64,000 bases of DNA. It comes from Magallana gigas (Eukaryota). Shown piece by piece: positions 49,505 through 61,687 of this stretch (the stretch's first letter is position 1; the number at the start of each line of letters is the position of its first letter). Location: assembly GCF_963853765.1 (NCBI RefSeq), contig NC_088856.1, forward strand, positions 31,186,001-31,250,000, written 5' to 3'. The notes beneath the pieces were generated by a model that worked only from the letters and a program-made list of their open reading frames with translations, was not told the DNA's origin and searched no databases. The position numbers and the translations under genes are program-made.

Positions 49505-49926
49505 TATTATACCTCATTATAAATATTCTAAACAATGTGTTTTCTGATTGGTTCTAAGTTATCACGTGATCGGGCCGTAAAACTTCATATTTCCAGGCCG
49601 TCGGCATGGTTTTCATCATATTACATAGTACGTGTATTTTCCCGAAATATAGTTCTCGTTTGTTGAACGAAAACTCCTGAGAGTAGTAGATGTCACAATA
49701 GCTTGGTTTACGTCACAAAATTAATGATAATGTGCAGAATTTTAAAGTTTACCTTTATTCCAAAGGTTTTCCTTGTTTTGGTATATTAAACAATTTATTG
49801 CATGAATGTTCGGGAAACATGAAGACTTATTCAGCCAAGAAATATCATATTCCCCTCGGGCGATGATTTTTCTTGGCTGAATAAGTCTTCATATTTCCCT
49901 CACTATCATGCAATAAATGTATAATA
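49505..49926. mobile_element. Non-autonomous element with TATTATAC termini and a 3' long hairpin
   Basis: Starts TATTATAC, has CTGATTGG about 40 bp in, a hairpin at 49795-49916 (arms GAAGACTTATTCAGCCAAGAAA / TTTCTTGGCTGAATAAGTCTTC), and ends GTATAATA. Same layout as 13838-14297. Confidence 0.7.
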
Positions 49927-50262
49927 TTTCCATTTCTAATTTTTTTTTTCTCTGTGATAACTCTGAGAAAGTTGTCGGAGTTTATTTCTTGATAATTCTG
50001 CCGGAATGTAAATTAGGCAGGTCGATAGGTCAGGAGCTAAGGAGACCTAATACGCATGCAAATCCCGTGCGCATCTGTCTCTGTGTCTGATGCTAAGAAG
50101 GCCAAATATGCATGTAAATCCCGTGCGGCTGCCTATGTGTTTGACGTCAGTGGGCGAGGACTATTGAAATTGGCATGGAAGTCCTCGTGTGATTATAGTC
50201 TATGTCTACATTTTTTAAGTTTAAATCTACAATTTTATTTTGATCACAATGAAATGGTAATA

Positions 50263-50387
50263 TAAGGAATCACTGTCTAGTTTTGAGAGTATGCCAGGGA
50301 CATCAACGCCCGTTATGCAAATTATCCCATGTTTCCCTCTATTGTTGATGCCCTGGCATACTCTCAAAACTAGACAGTGATTCCTTA
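50263..50387. mobile_element. 125-bp palindromic mini-element
   Basis: TAAGGAATCACTGTCTAGTTTTGAGAGTATGCCAGGG(A)CATCAAC ... exact reverse complement, with a ~35-bp spacer. Confidence 0.85.
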
Positions 50388-50399
50388 AATAACACACCT

Positions 50400-51000
50400 A
50401 TACTTAAGGAGTTATAATTTACATCCATCATTTAAGAAGAAGTTGGATAGAATCCATACTTCAAGAGCTTAAATTGTCCATAAATTAAGAGGATGTTTTA
50501 TATAGTCCATTCTTAAGGAGCTAAAATTGCCCATCAATTAAGAAGACATTTTATATAGTCCATTCTTAAGGAGCTGAAATTGTCCATAAATTAAGAGGAT
50601 TTTTTATATAGTCCATTCTTAAGGAGCTAAAATTGTCTATTAATTAAGAGGACATTTTATATAGTCCATTCTTAAGGAGCTTAAATTGTCCATTAATTAA
50701 GAGGACGTTTTATATAGTCCATTCTTAAGGAGCTAAAATAGTCCATTAATTAAGAGGACGTTTTATATAGTCCATTCTTAAGGAGCTAAAATTGTCCATT
50801 AATTAAGAGGACATTTTATATAGTCCATTCTTGAGGAGCTAAAATTGTCCATTAATTAAGAGGACATTTTATACAGTCCATTCTTAAGGAGCTAAAATTG
50901 TCCATAACTTAAGAGGACGTTTCATATAGTCCATTCTTAAGGAGCTTAAATTGTCCATTAATTGAGAGGATGTTTTATATGTCCAAAATTTAAGAGCTTT
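50400..51000 (+). repeat. 53-54-bp tandem repeat array (about 10 units)
   Basis: TATAGTCC anchors at 50501, 50554, 50607, 50660. Unit is GAGCTAAAATTGTCCATTAATTAAGAGGACATTTTATATAGTCCATTCTTAAG. Confidence 0.9.
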
Positions 51001-51583
51001 AGTCTGTAAAAAAAGGAATTCTGGGATTGGAAAATGGAAGTTATTTGGAAGCACATGATTGCTGTAGAAACATTGCTCAGTTTGTTGCTTATTGTTTTCA
51101 TAGCAGTTTCAATTGCCATTTTTGTTGCAATTTATAAATGGGGCAACTATTTTAGTAGATGGAATAGAGAATTCATGAGAGTTTAAAAAAGGTATTCTAG
51201 CTGTGATAAGTAATGAAGGTTCAGAATAATTTTAGAAGTGCTGAAAGTTTTTGTGAATTTTTTTTTTTTCTGTTATAGAGTTTTTCTTGAAGTTCTGCTT
51301 TAGATTAAATAAAACCCTCTACATTTTGGCAACCAAGTGTATGCTTCACAGAATGAGCTTAAAAAGCTTGGTTAGAGAAAATAAATTCATGGTCTCTGAG
51401 AAATATGTGCAATATTTACTGTATCTTTTTCTGTACATCCATATTTGGGTGACGTAGGTCTTGAAGTTTTGTTGTTGGCTATACACTCAACAGTGCTTTC
51501 TTACATTATACAATAAGCATAGCTTTTGTATATTTTTGCATTAGTATTATTAAAAATTTCCTTTTTTTAATAGAAGAATCAAG

Positions 51584-54500
51584 ATGCCAGGTCGTAAAAG
51601 AAAAAAGTTGAGTAGAAGTAATAATGGTCAAAGTGAATCAAAAGGTAAATAATTCCTAAAAAATTTAGTTGTTGCTGCTTGCATGGCTTTCCTCAAGATT
51701 CAAATGTTAACAAAGTCTTTGGATTCAATGATTTCAATCAGCTAGAATTTAAAGTAATTGACCTTAAGATATGAATAAAATATGAATAAAATAACACAAA
51801 TCATGCAGATTGACATATAGAGTGTGAAAATATTGTATGACTTTTTTCCATAAATTGTTAAAGTGTAAAATGAAAGCAAAGATAGATTATTGCAAAAATA
51901 TCTATTATATTGTAGCAAACATTTGCATGAAATTTCAAAATTTGAAATAAATTTAGAGACATTGTTAGCTTGTCAGTTAGGACATGATTTTCTAAAGTGA
52001 CTTTCTTTTTCATTTCAGGATCACCAAAATTGTTTATGGAAGGTAAATTTAAATATCAAATCATTTATAGCAAATCAATTTTAATGATAAGAAAGATATT
52101 TCAGAAAAATATATATACTTACATTTTAAAAAAAAAGTTATCATAACCATAGGTTAACATGTATGGATACAAGATGTGATGTGGAAAAGGGTATACATGT
52201 ATTATTTTGTTTATTGCATACTTGGTAATAGAAAGTGGTCATTTTTGACTACTAGTATATATGTGTATCATTTTTTTTAACAGGAGACCCTATATTTTGC
52301 CTAATGGATATGGGAGTATGGTGGCCTGGATTTGTGTTGGATGTTTGTGCAAATGGTGTTGTCTCTGTGGCATTTTGGAATGAAAATTCTATGTAAGTTT
52401 ATTTATTTTATAACAGATTTGGAGAATGCTACCATCCTTTATAATGTAGATGCATATAACGAGAATGTATGTAAAAACATGGTCTAGAATCTTTGTCTGT
52501 AATATACTGTGGCACCTTCATTACTAACTTCCTGTAGACACTGCCTATCTAATACACTGTACTACTTAAATTGTCATCAAATTATGGTTATTAGCCCTCC
52601 CTACTCTATTTCAGGAAATATTTTCAAAATGATAGGTTGACAGATGTTTAGAGATTATTAAATCAAAAATCGAATGTATTATTTTATATATATAGGGTTA
52701 TCAAAAAGTTTGTAGACAGATGCAATAGAATTAATCCTATGAAGTCTGCATACAAAATTTATAAGGAACATAAAACAACAAAAATGTTAGAAATTTTAAC
52801 TTGTTACATTGATAATTTTCCAGATTAATTAACTCTTCTGAGTTGAATATATTTCACAGTCAAGATTTATTTGGATTTTTTACAGAGTGAAAAGATCATT
52901 GTCAAAACTTGTAAAATTTGACAAGAATTCAAGCTTGATAATATCATGTATAGGTAATATATTTAGAAGATTATATATTGTTAATGTTTATCAAGTTACA
53001 GTAAAACACACTTATAGCCAACATGCTTGATGCTTTTAATGAATTGACACTTGAAATTTAAAAGTTTCATTCCCCATGATTTCAAAAATATACATGTATT
53101 ACAAATTTTACAGTTATAACAATTGAGTTATGCTTAAGGACATATGCAAGTTACCTTACCTACTGGTAATTTTTCAAGATCAGATGCTCATACACAAAAA
53201 ATTGGCATGCATTACTAGGTTTTTTTGGGAAGATATCAAATCATGAATTTTTTTGCATTATTCAACATGTTCAAAGAAAAATATACAAAAATTTTGAAAC
53301 AAAAATTCTATATTTTTTCCATCAAAATTTGTTCTAGAAGAGGTGTACAAATCCATATATAGACATTAAAAGTATTGCACACAGGTCCTTGATTTAGTGG
53401 AACTCTTCAACTATAGTGAAGAGCCCAATAAAGTTCAAACTATAATGTTGTGTATGACCTTAAAGTGAAGTAAACTCGTGCATTCCTAGCATTTTGTTAT
53501 ATAAGTATGTTTTACTGTGTATTTCTTTTATTCTAAATGTTGCTTTGTTGGTACTAATAGATGTGGCATTTCTACTGAAAATAATGTTTACTCTAAAAAT
53601 TAGCAAAGCCAAAGGATAAGATCAAATTTCTTCTGAATTTCTCAGAAAAAGGTAATGAAATCTGCACTGCACTGTACCGAACTTAAAAAAAGTTTTTGTA
53701 CTTTATGTTGGAGTATATAACCCTAATTACACATAAAGATCATGATAATTTTCAAACCTTCCACTGCAAAACCTTTCAAGACATAGGTAGTTTATAGCTT
53801 GAATTTCATGCTCAAAAACATTGTATGTAACAGTCTGCCATTTTGAATTTTGGTGGGACTTTCCAAGATTTTTTTGTTTGTTTACACAGGTAAATCACAT
53901 GATTTCTTACTGGAGTTTGATGTTATCATCTATTGTTAATCTGCAGATGGCCACCTGTGTTCTGATAATTTGTAAACAAGCAGTAATTTCAAGTCAAATC
54001 AACAATGAAATCATATGCATCAGAAGTCATCATTAAGGGTTGGGGTCTAGGCATCAAAAGTCATCATTAAGGGATAAAGGAGGGAAAGGTCTGAGAGGAA
54101 TAGAATTAAGAAACAGTAGAAATGCCACTTGTATTTAAGACTAAATCTAAATTTAATTTCTGATTCTGATAAGGCCAATTTTCTACAAAACTGATGCAGG
54201 AAGGAGGCGTTTTATTCGCAATAAAATATTGAGGGAGGTATTTTTTAAATTGTAATTTTCGAATTTTCTTTAAAATAAAGATAATTTATTTACGGATGTA
54301 CTTTTCATGTCTGATCAAAAGGATTGCTTTATCCACTGTGTGTGAACATTGTAGGCAATGTCTTCGAATGTATTTTCAATCAAATTAGTAGGGCTGGGTA
54401 TTGGCCAGAGATTTTATATTGCGATATATTTGAATATTTTTAACTGTACTGCAATATTTATTGCAATATTTTCAGTGAAAATTACAATGGCATTTTCTTT

Positions 54501-57500
54501 TTATTAACTTTAATATACACGGAATGTTCATAACTTGTATAAATTCAACATTAATGCAGTGAATGTGTTCCTTAACAATGGAATAATCTTTAATTTCAGA
54601 AAAATTAGAAAAAAAGAAACGCCACAGCTTGATTAAAAAATACAAGGATGACCTATGCTTTGCAAGCTCAGTGGAGCTATCATCTGACACTTCCATCCCC
54701 TCAGGAGATTCAACCTCTTTAGTCAGTGAAGAAAGTATGACAGTCCAGTCCTCTGTTGCAAGCATGGATGCAACTGTGCCCTGTACAAGAACTGCAGAAG
54801 AAACTTCTGGAATGGTGTGCTCAGCAACTGTGTCAATGTCAGTGGATGAAGCAAACATGGCCCTGTGGAGTCACTTAACAGATTTTGAGAAAATGCTTCT
54901 CAAAACTCAAAATCTTGTGGAAATACGAGGCAAAGTATGTATTAGATTTGTTTATCAGAGAATGTAATTCAAATGTGTAGCAAAATCATTTTTCTATCCT
55001 AATATCTGCTTTATAAGCATTTCTAATTAATAATTAATTAATTAATAATTATATCATGTCTCATGCTTAAAAATGTAGTTAGTTCAGCTATGTGTGTTCT
55101 GAGTTTACTGATTATTATTACTTGTACAATACATGTAATTTTTATTACTTGAGGTCAATACATGTAAAAACTTTTTTGATGAAAACTAGTACATGTATGT
55201 ACTGTCATTACCTTAGATTATCTCTAATAAGCAAATGAACCATGAGTTTTCTAACTTGTCAATATTTTTCATGCAGACTGGTAGGGGTGTACCTGTCTTA
55301 ATCCCAAAGGAAACAAACAAAGTGCTGGAATATTTGAGTGACCCAGTTGCCAGACAAAGGGCAAGCATTCGACCAGAGAATAACTACATGTTTGCCAATA
55401 CCGGTGAGTGGTAACTACAATGAAGCGCATTGAAGTGGTAAAATTTTCCATTTGGATGAAATATTCTGAGTCATGTTTTGAACGTCAATTATAACATTAC
55501 ACCACGCCCATTTCTTTAGAAACGAGAAAAAAAAAATAGCCGTCGTAATGTTTTAGGACACCCCATTTTCCGCAACAAGCAACATGAGTTACACTGACAT
55601 GAATATTTTTAAATACGAAAAAGCTATATATAAAGTCTCCGCTTCTGTAATAAAAGCATTGCAACAAATATGTACATAATTATGATTTTGTTTACCGGAG
55701 TAAGCATAACGCATGTATCAGTTGAACACGTTTATGTAGACCGTCAATTTGATTGGCTATTATATTTATGGAATACTTGTTCTACAGGTGTTCTATTGAA
55801 TCATTTGACCGATTTTTCCTTTCTAAAGAAATGGGCGTGTCTAAAGATAGCTGAAAACGTTCAATCCAAACGAAAAATTTTACCACTTCAATGCGCTTCA
55901 TTGTATGTTTTATTTGTATTTACCCAAATTAGGTTTATTTATTGTAAGACTTGTTTGTGATCATGTTTGTTGTTGGTTATACAGGTCGCACTGTTGTTCG
56001 AGCAGGGGAATCACTTGATCAAGTGAAATTCAGAAGTGAAGTTGAATTGAGATTCTATGCCAACAACTTGAGAAAACACACTGCAACAATTGCCCAGGTT
56101 TGCTTAATTTTTCTTAATTTAAAATTATAATATTAAAGCTGAAAAAAATTGGCATTATAGTTCTCAAGCCTTTGCACATCTGTTGAGGTAGCCTCAATCC
56201 AAATTTTATCGTATTTTTGATAAAATGAAAACTTGGTAATGTGGAAACCAATCTTGAAAAAAAAATTCCACCCTCACTCTTTCTTAGTTTAGTAGTCGAA
56301 CATTGCTTCTGGTAGCCACTTGCAAAGGGACTTGGTTAATTCATGAAAAAAAAATACATTTGAAGATCATGCCTACAAGTTTTACATAATGACATTGAAG
56401 CAATTAATGGATAATGGGACTTTGACATGGAAAGAATATCATGAACAAAGAATTGGTCTCATTTTTGTATATAGAAAATTTGGGTATTAAAAAATACCTC
56501 CCATATAATTTAGAGCCGATAAATGATTTTAGAAAATGCCCCCTACTCACATCTGTTTTAGAAGAAGATGCCCGAGAACCAGAAAATTAAGTTTATGTAG
56601 CTTTCTTTTTATGCGCTCGGATCGATAGATCCCGGGCGTATATTGTTTTTGTCCTGTCTGTTTGTCTGTTTATCTGTTTGTCTGTTTGTCTGTTTGTCTG
56701 TCTGTCTGTTGTCAACTTTAACCTTCGCCATAACTTTTGAACAATAAGAGATAGAGACTTCATATTTAGTATGCATACTCCACTAATAAAGTACTTTCAA
56801 ATGACATCAAGGTCAATGACTTGTGACCTTGACTGTGACATATGCTAAAAATAGCTTTTTCCACTGTTTGTCATAACTTTTGAACCATAGGAGATAGGGA
56901 CTTCATATTTGGTATGCATACTCCACCCATAAAGTCCTTTCAAACGATGGCAAGGTCAATGATCTTGTGACCTTGACTGTGACCTATATGCTAAAAATAG
57001 CTTTTTACACTTTTTGCCATAACGTTTGAACCATGGAAGATAGGGACTACATATTTGGTATGCTTACTCCACCGATTACGTTCTTTCAAATGACACCATG
57101 GTCAATGACCTTGTGACCTTGACTGTGACCTATATGCTGAAAATAGCTTTTTCCACTGTTTGTCATAACTTTTGAAGCAAAGGAGATAGGGACTTCATAT
57201 TTGGTATGCATACTCCACCGATAAAGTCCTTTCAAACGACGGCAAGGTCAATGATCTTGTGACCTTGACTGTGACCTATATGCTAAAAATAGCTCTTTAC
57301 ACTTTTTGCCATAACTTTTGAACCATAGGAGATAGGGACTTCATATTTAGTATGCATACTCCACTGATTAAGTTCTTTCAAATGACACCATGGTCAATAT
57401 GCTAAAAATATATTTTTTTAACTTTGTTGCCGCTGGGCGCATAGTGTTTCACAAACACATCTTGTTTTTTTCCTGGCAAAAGATGGATTTTTAAGTTCAA

Positions 57501-60087
57501 TTAGTTCAAAGAAAAATTCTGAATTTCTGTTTAGGCCCTTAATCTGAATGACACCGAGATGAAATATATCTGCAATCACCTTGGCCATACACAGAAGGTC
57601 CATGACCTTGTATACAGACAAACATCTGGAATGATCGAGAGATTAGACATTGCAAAGCTTATGTTAATTCAGGAATTCAACGTTGTTGGCAAATACCAAA
57701 ACAAGAAGCTGTCGGAGATTCAGTTTGACGGTAAAAAAAAACTTTAAAAACATTTTAAAAATTTTGAAAGGAAATCACATAGTGATCAAATACATTTAGA
57801 TAAGCATTGATTAGTTAGTTTGCAAATACATTTAAAGTATATGCTGTAAAATGTTCATTCATTGTAGAACTTGGAACACTTGAGAGAAAAATTCAAGACC
57901 AAGATCAAGAACAGCAAGGTAATTATATCCAGTCAAACATTGGTATCTCAAACTCAAACGGACCGATAAAAGTCGCAATATACCTAAAGATTTTTTCAAT
58001 GATTAGGGTATATCATGTAGACTTTTTGAGACTTCAATTTGGATATAACATCATTTTCATATATCTATCATAGTATTTGAGATACTAGATTTTTAGATAG
58101 CAACAATCAATTGTATGTTCCTCATTGTATCAGTTATAGCAACTGCAAGTTCTTGGGGTACCCATCTTTTTTGGCAACTCATACCACTAATGTTGATGAG
58201 CAATGATAATTTTTTCTCCCCTAAATTTGAAATTGGGATGAGGGATTTGGTGTTAGCACTTTGGGTTTAATTCATGTAATAGAAGTGGACTGCATAGATA
58301 GTTATCTCTCTCCTGTATTTAACAGATAAGCCAATTCCATGGTTATTGAATGTGACTTTTAATGTTTGAAATACATTATTTTTCAAACCCAACGGCATGT
58401 ATGTAATACACTGAAATGTATCATCGAACCTTTATGATGTCACAGAATTTTTTTTTTACGTCAAACGTTTATCCAAACATATACGCACATCTATGACCTC
58501 TTGACCCCATACCGGTATTTATACAGTTAAAGATACGCATTGCTTTCAGTAGTGTTATGAAAAAAGTTACACTGATCCATGTGGTCTGTGACAATTAATA
58601 TTGGTGCGCATATGTTGTTTATTATTCAGTGATATCTTATTGATGCATATAATACTCAGTTTACAGTGTTCATTAAATTTAATTTGGTTATTCAGTTATT
58701 TAGTTATTCATGTTGTTTTTGCAGACACTGAAAATGCTGCTGATCAAGGGAAAAATGTGGATGATGGTATGTACATGTTAATTCTTAGGTTATCTCGAAT
58801 GTCAATAAGACAGGAATTAGAAAGAAACTTTTTCATTGTATTGACATGAACAGCATCTATGACGGTTTACATTATTTGCAGTAAACATATCACTGTATTT
58901 GTGATTTGTTTTTGGTACCTCATTAAAAACAACACTTCTTGATGTGTGATTCATCATGAATCCCTTACTTTATTTTCATGTATACAACATGGAATGCAAA
59001 GTCTATTTTAAAGCATTTTTAGGATCTAGATTATTGATATATGTGCCCCAAGCGAAATGGACAAAACAATTGGGGTTTTGTGTGTGTGTGTGTAAAACTT
59101 CAAAATTACCATTGCACAATAAAAATAAGCTGATTATGACAGCATCTTTCAAGTCTGCAACTTTGCAAATATTTAGGATACAGTGTATAGATGTGCATAT
59201 TGCCAGGAAATTCCGATTCCATTATTTTTGTCCTTAGAGTTTTGAATTTCCAGCTAGGTATATATAAGGAAATCTACTGGAATCAGCTCTCCTAATGAAA
59301 TTTTATGTGAAATATTTTATGTCCTTAAAAGACCCTATTGATATTGATAACAGAGTGTTCACAATTCAACACACACAGAGATTTTTTTATAGGATAGAAG
59401 TACACAAGCCCCCCCCCCCCCCCCCCCCCCCCTTTTGGCTTTGCCAATATTAACAATTTTATGTGGCTACATCATAAATTTGTTTCCATTAATTATTTAA
59501 ATGTGTAAATTGTCATTTGTTGGACATGGAGTTTTAATGTGATGAATTCTTGCAAATAATGCCCTTTTTGAATTTTACATACCCAGTATATTTAAAGTGC
59601 ACAGTGTCATTGTTGCATTGTCAACTTTTAGGGGAGTGTGGGGTAAATGAGCTTGCTCATTTTTTCTTATATTTTTTAACATATATTTTTGCATTGAAAA
59701 TGGAGTGATGGATGCTTATAATGGTTAAATACTCAGACAATGGAGAACGAAATGTTCTAAGCATAATTTTGGTCAGAAGTTTGAAATACACATAAAAGCT
59801 GTGAGATTTTACAATGCAACTCCATGTCTATTCTGTTGTGAAACAAATATTCTGATGTTTCTTTCTTTTTAGCTGAAAGAGTCAGATGGTCTCCAGCTGA
59901 AGAAGAGGAGATAAAGAAATACTTCTCTCGTTATTTTGAGGGACATTTTCAGAAGAAATGCCCCTCAAGGGAGCATTGCCTTGATGCTCTTAAAAAAAGC
60001 AAAGAAAATGGTGGAACAATTTTTAAGAGAAAATGGGAAACCTTGAAAATAAAAGTTTCCAATATGTTAGTCAAGATTCAAGTATGA
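51584..60087 (+). CDS. Eleven-exon gene or pseudogene: NLS + PWWP-like motif + C-terminal tyrosine recombinase domain + Myb/SANT-like tail (about 454 aa; Crypton-like)
   Basis: Exons 51584-51644, 52019-52042, 52284-52392, 53561-53651, 54600-54934, 55277-55403, 55985-56097, 57535-57730, 57868-57918, 58725-58766, 59873-60087, all GT-AG. Exons 1-3 and 5-11 join in phase without stops; exon 4 needs one extra base. Motifs: MPGRKRKK, GDPIFCLMDMGVWWPG, VEIRGKTGRGVPVL, NNLRKHTATIAQ, HLGHTQKVHDLVY, RVRWSPAEEEEIKKYF...RKWETLKIKVSNM. Confidence 0.72.
52999..53517. mobile_element. Diverged TA-type MITE in intron 3 of the recombinase-like gene
   Basis: CAGTAAAACACACTTATA ... TATAAGTATGTTTTACTG. TA on the left, TG on the right. 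Confidence 0.55.
56607..57466 (+). mobile_element. Second HINE family with (TGTC/TGTT)n microsatellite and five 146-bp units
   Basis: 5' TTTTATGCGCTCGGATCGATAGATCCCGGGCGTATATTG. Unit anchors at 56728, 56871, 57017, 57163, 57309. 3' hairpin GTGTTT-CAC-AAACAC then CTTGTT in a T-run. Confidence 0.82.
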
Positions 60088-60102
60088 AGTAGCTTATACA
60101 AT

Positions 60103-61345
60103 TTTTAGCTCACCTGAGCAGAAGGTTCAAGTGAGCTTTTCAGATCAAAATTTGTTTGTTATTTGTCGTAGCTGTCGTTGTAGTAGTAAACTTTTCACAT
60201 TTTAACCTTGTTCTCAAGAACCAATGAGTCAATTTCCACCAAACTTGCCAAAAAGTATCCTTAGGTGAAGGGGGTTCAAATTTGTTTAAATGAAGGGCCC
60301 TATTCCAAAGGGAGATAATTATGAATAAGTAAAAAATTAATGGCATATGTTAAAGATTTTCATCTCAAGAACCACTGGGCCTGGAAAGCTGAAACTCAAG
60401 TGGAAGCATCCTCAGGAAATGTAGATTCAAGTTTGTTGAAATCATGACTCCTGGGGGTAGCACGGGTTATCAAAATTTAACATAGACATATATAGGAAAA
60501 ATCTTCTTCGCAAGAACAGGAAAGCTGTGATTGGTCATAGTTAAATGATAGTATCCTCTGGTAGTGTATATTTGATGTAGTTCAAATCATGACCCCCCAC
60601 GATAAAGGGGGGCCACAATTGGGAATCTGAGTTTCACATAGGAAATACATAGGAACATTTTTAAAAATCTTTTTAAGAACAGCAAAGCCATGATTGGTCA
60701 GAGTCCTCTTGTAGTTTAGATTCACGTTTGCTCGAATCATGACCCCTTGGGCCATAATGAGATATAAATTTTTTTAAGAAGGAATTCATAGAACATTCTT
60801 TAAAATTCTTCTTCTTGAGAACACCAAAGCTCTTATTGTTCATATCATATCATTTATATGGAGGCATCCTTGGGTAGTGTAGATTCAAGTTTGTTCAAAT
60901 CTTTATCTGTAGGGGTTGAGTGGGGCCACAATGGGTGATCAAGGTAATATGTAGGAATACATAGGGAAAATTGTGAAAATTTTTAACAAGAACAAAGCTA
61001 TCATTGATCATCATTATAAAAGCATTGAAAAAAGTAATGTAGATTTAAATTTGTTCCATTGACCAACCAGGAGAAAAGAGGAGCCATTAAAAGTGGATTA
61101 AAGTTATACACAGGATTATAAAGGCTATATCAATAAATATTTTCATCTTATAAACAACAAAGTCATTTTGTATCATGTTAATTTAAAAGCATCCCCAGGA
61201 AGTATAGATTTAAGTTTGTTCAAATACCCCCTCCCCTTTTTTCTCTGAATCCACTTTTACTAGTATATTTCAAGATAAGAACTGAACTGATTTTTGCTTT
61301 TAGCCAGTTGCTCAGGTGAGTGATGTGGCCCATGGGCCTCGTGTT
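60103..61345 (+). mobile_element. Older HINE copy with decayed 166-bp-type units
   Basis: TTAGCTCACCTGAGC...GCTCAGGTGAG plus GGCCCATGGGCC hairpin. Internal fragments (GGAAGCATCCTCAGG, GTAGATTCAAGTTTG, GGGGCCACAAT) match the 15633 array. Confidence 0.8.
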
Positions 61346-61687
61346 TGTTTTTTTTTTTTTTTTTATTGTATGACACAAGAACTGAGATCAGAGAGGATCA
61401 ACTTGCTTTTTTCATTTTTGTTTTCCATAAGGCCTAGAAAAAAATGTTTGTTTCCTGTACCCCGGCCGACCCATTCAAATTAGCCTCTTGTTGATTTTTC
61501 TCCTGCTAAATGGCAAAACTGTGTTTGATCAAATCAGCTGTTTCCATTTATTCAAAAGAAATTAGTTGTAGCTTTACTTGAGACATAAAATATATCAAAA
61601 TACTTCACATTAACCCTAAATATAAAGAGTAATCATTACTTTAAAATAAATTTCCCCCACATCTTTTTGAAGTTTGTTTTCTGTCGC

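Noticed and set aside
47830-51000. Regularly spaced repeats considered as a CRISPR-like array
   Set aside because: Units are tandem with no unique spacers, there are no cas genes, and the context is eukaryotic.
52615-52675. Possible extra exon in intron 3 of the recombinase-like gene
   Set aside because: It has a good acceptor but weak donors and an in-frame TAG, and including it does not repair the exon 4 phase problem.
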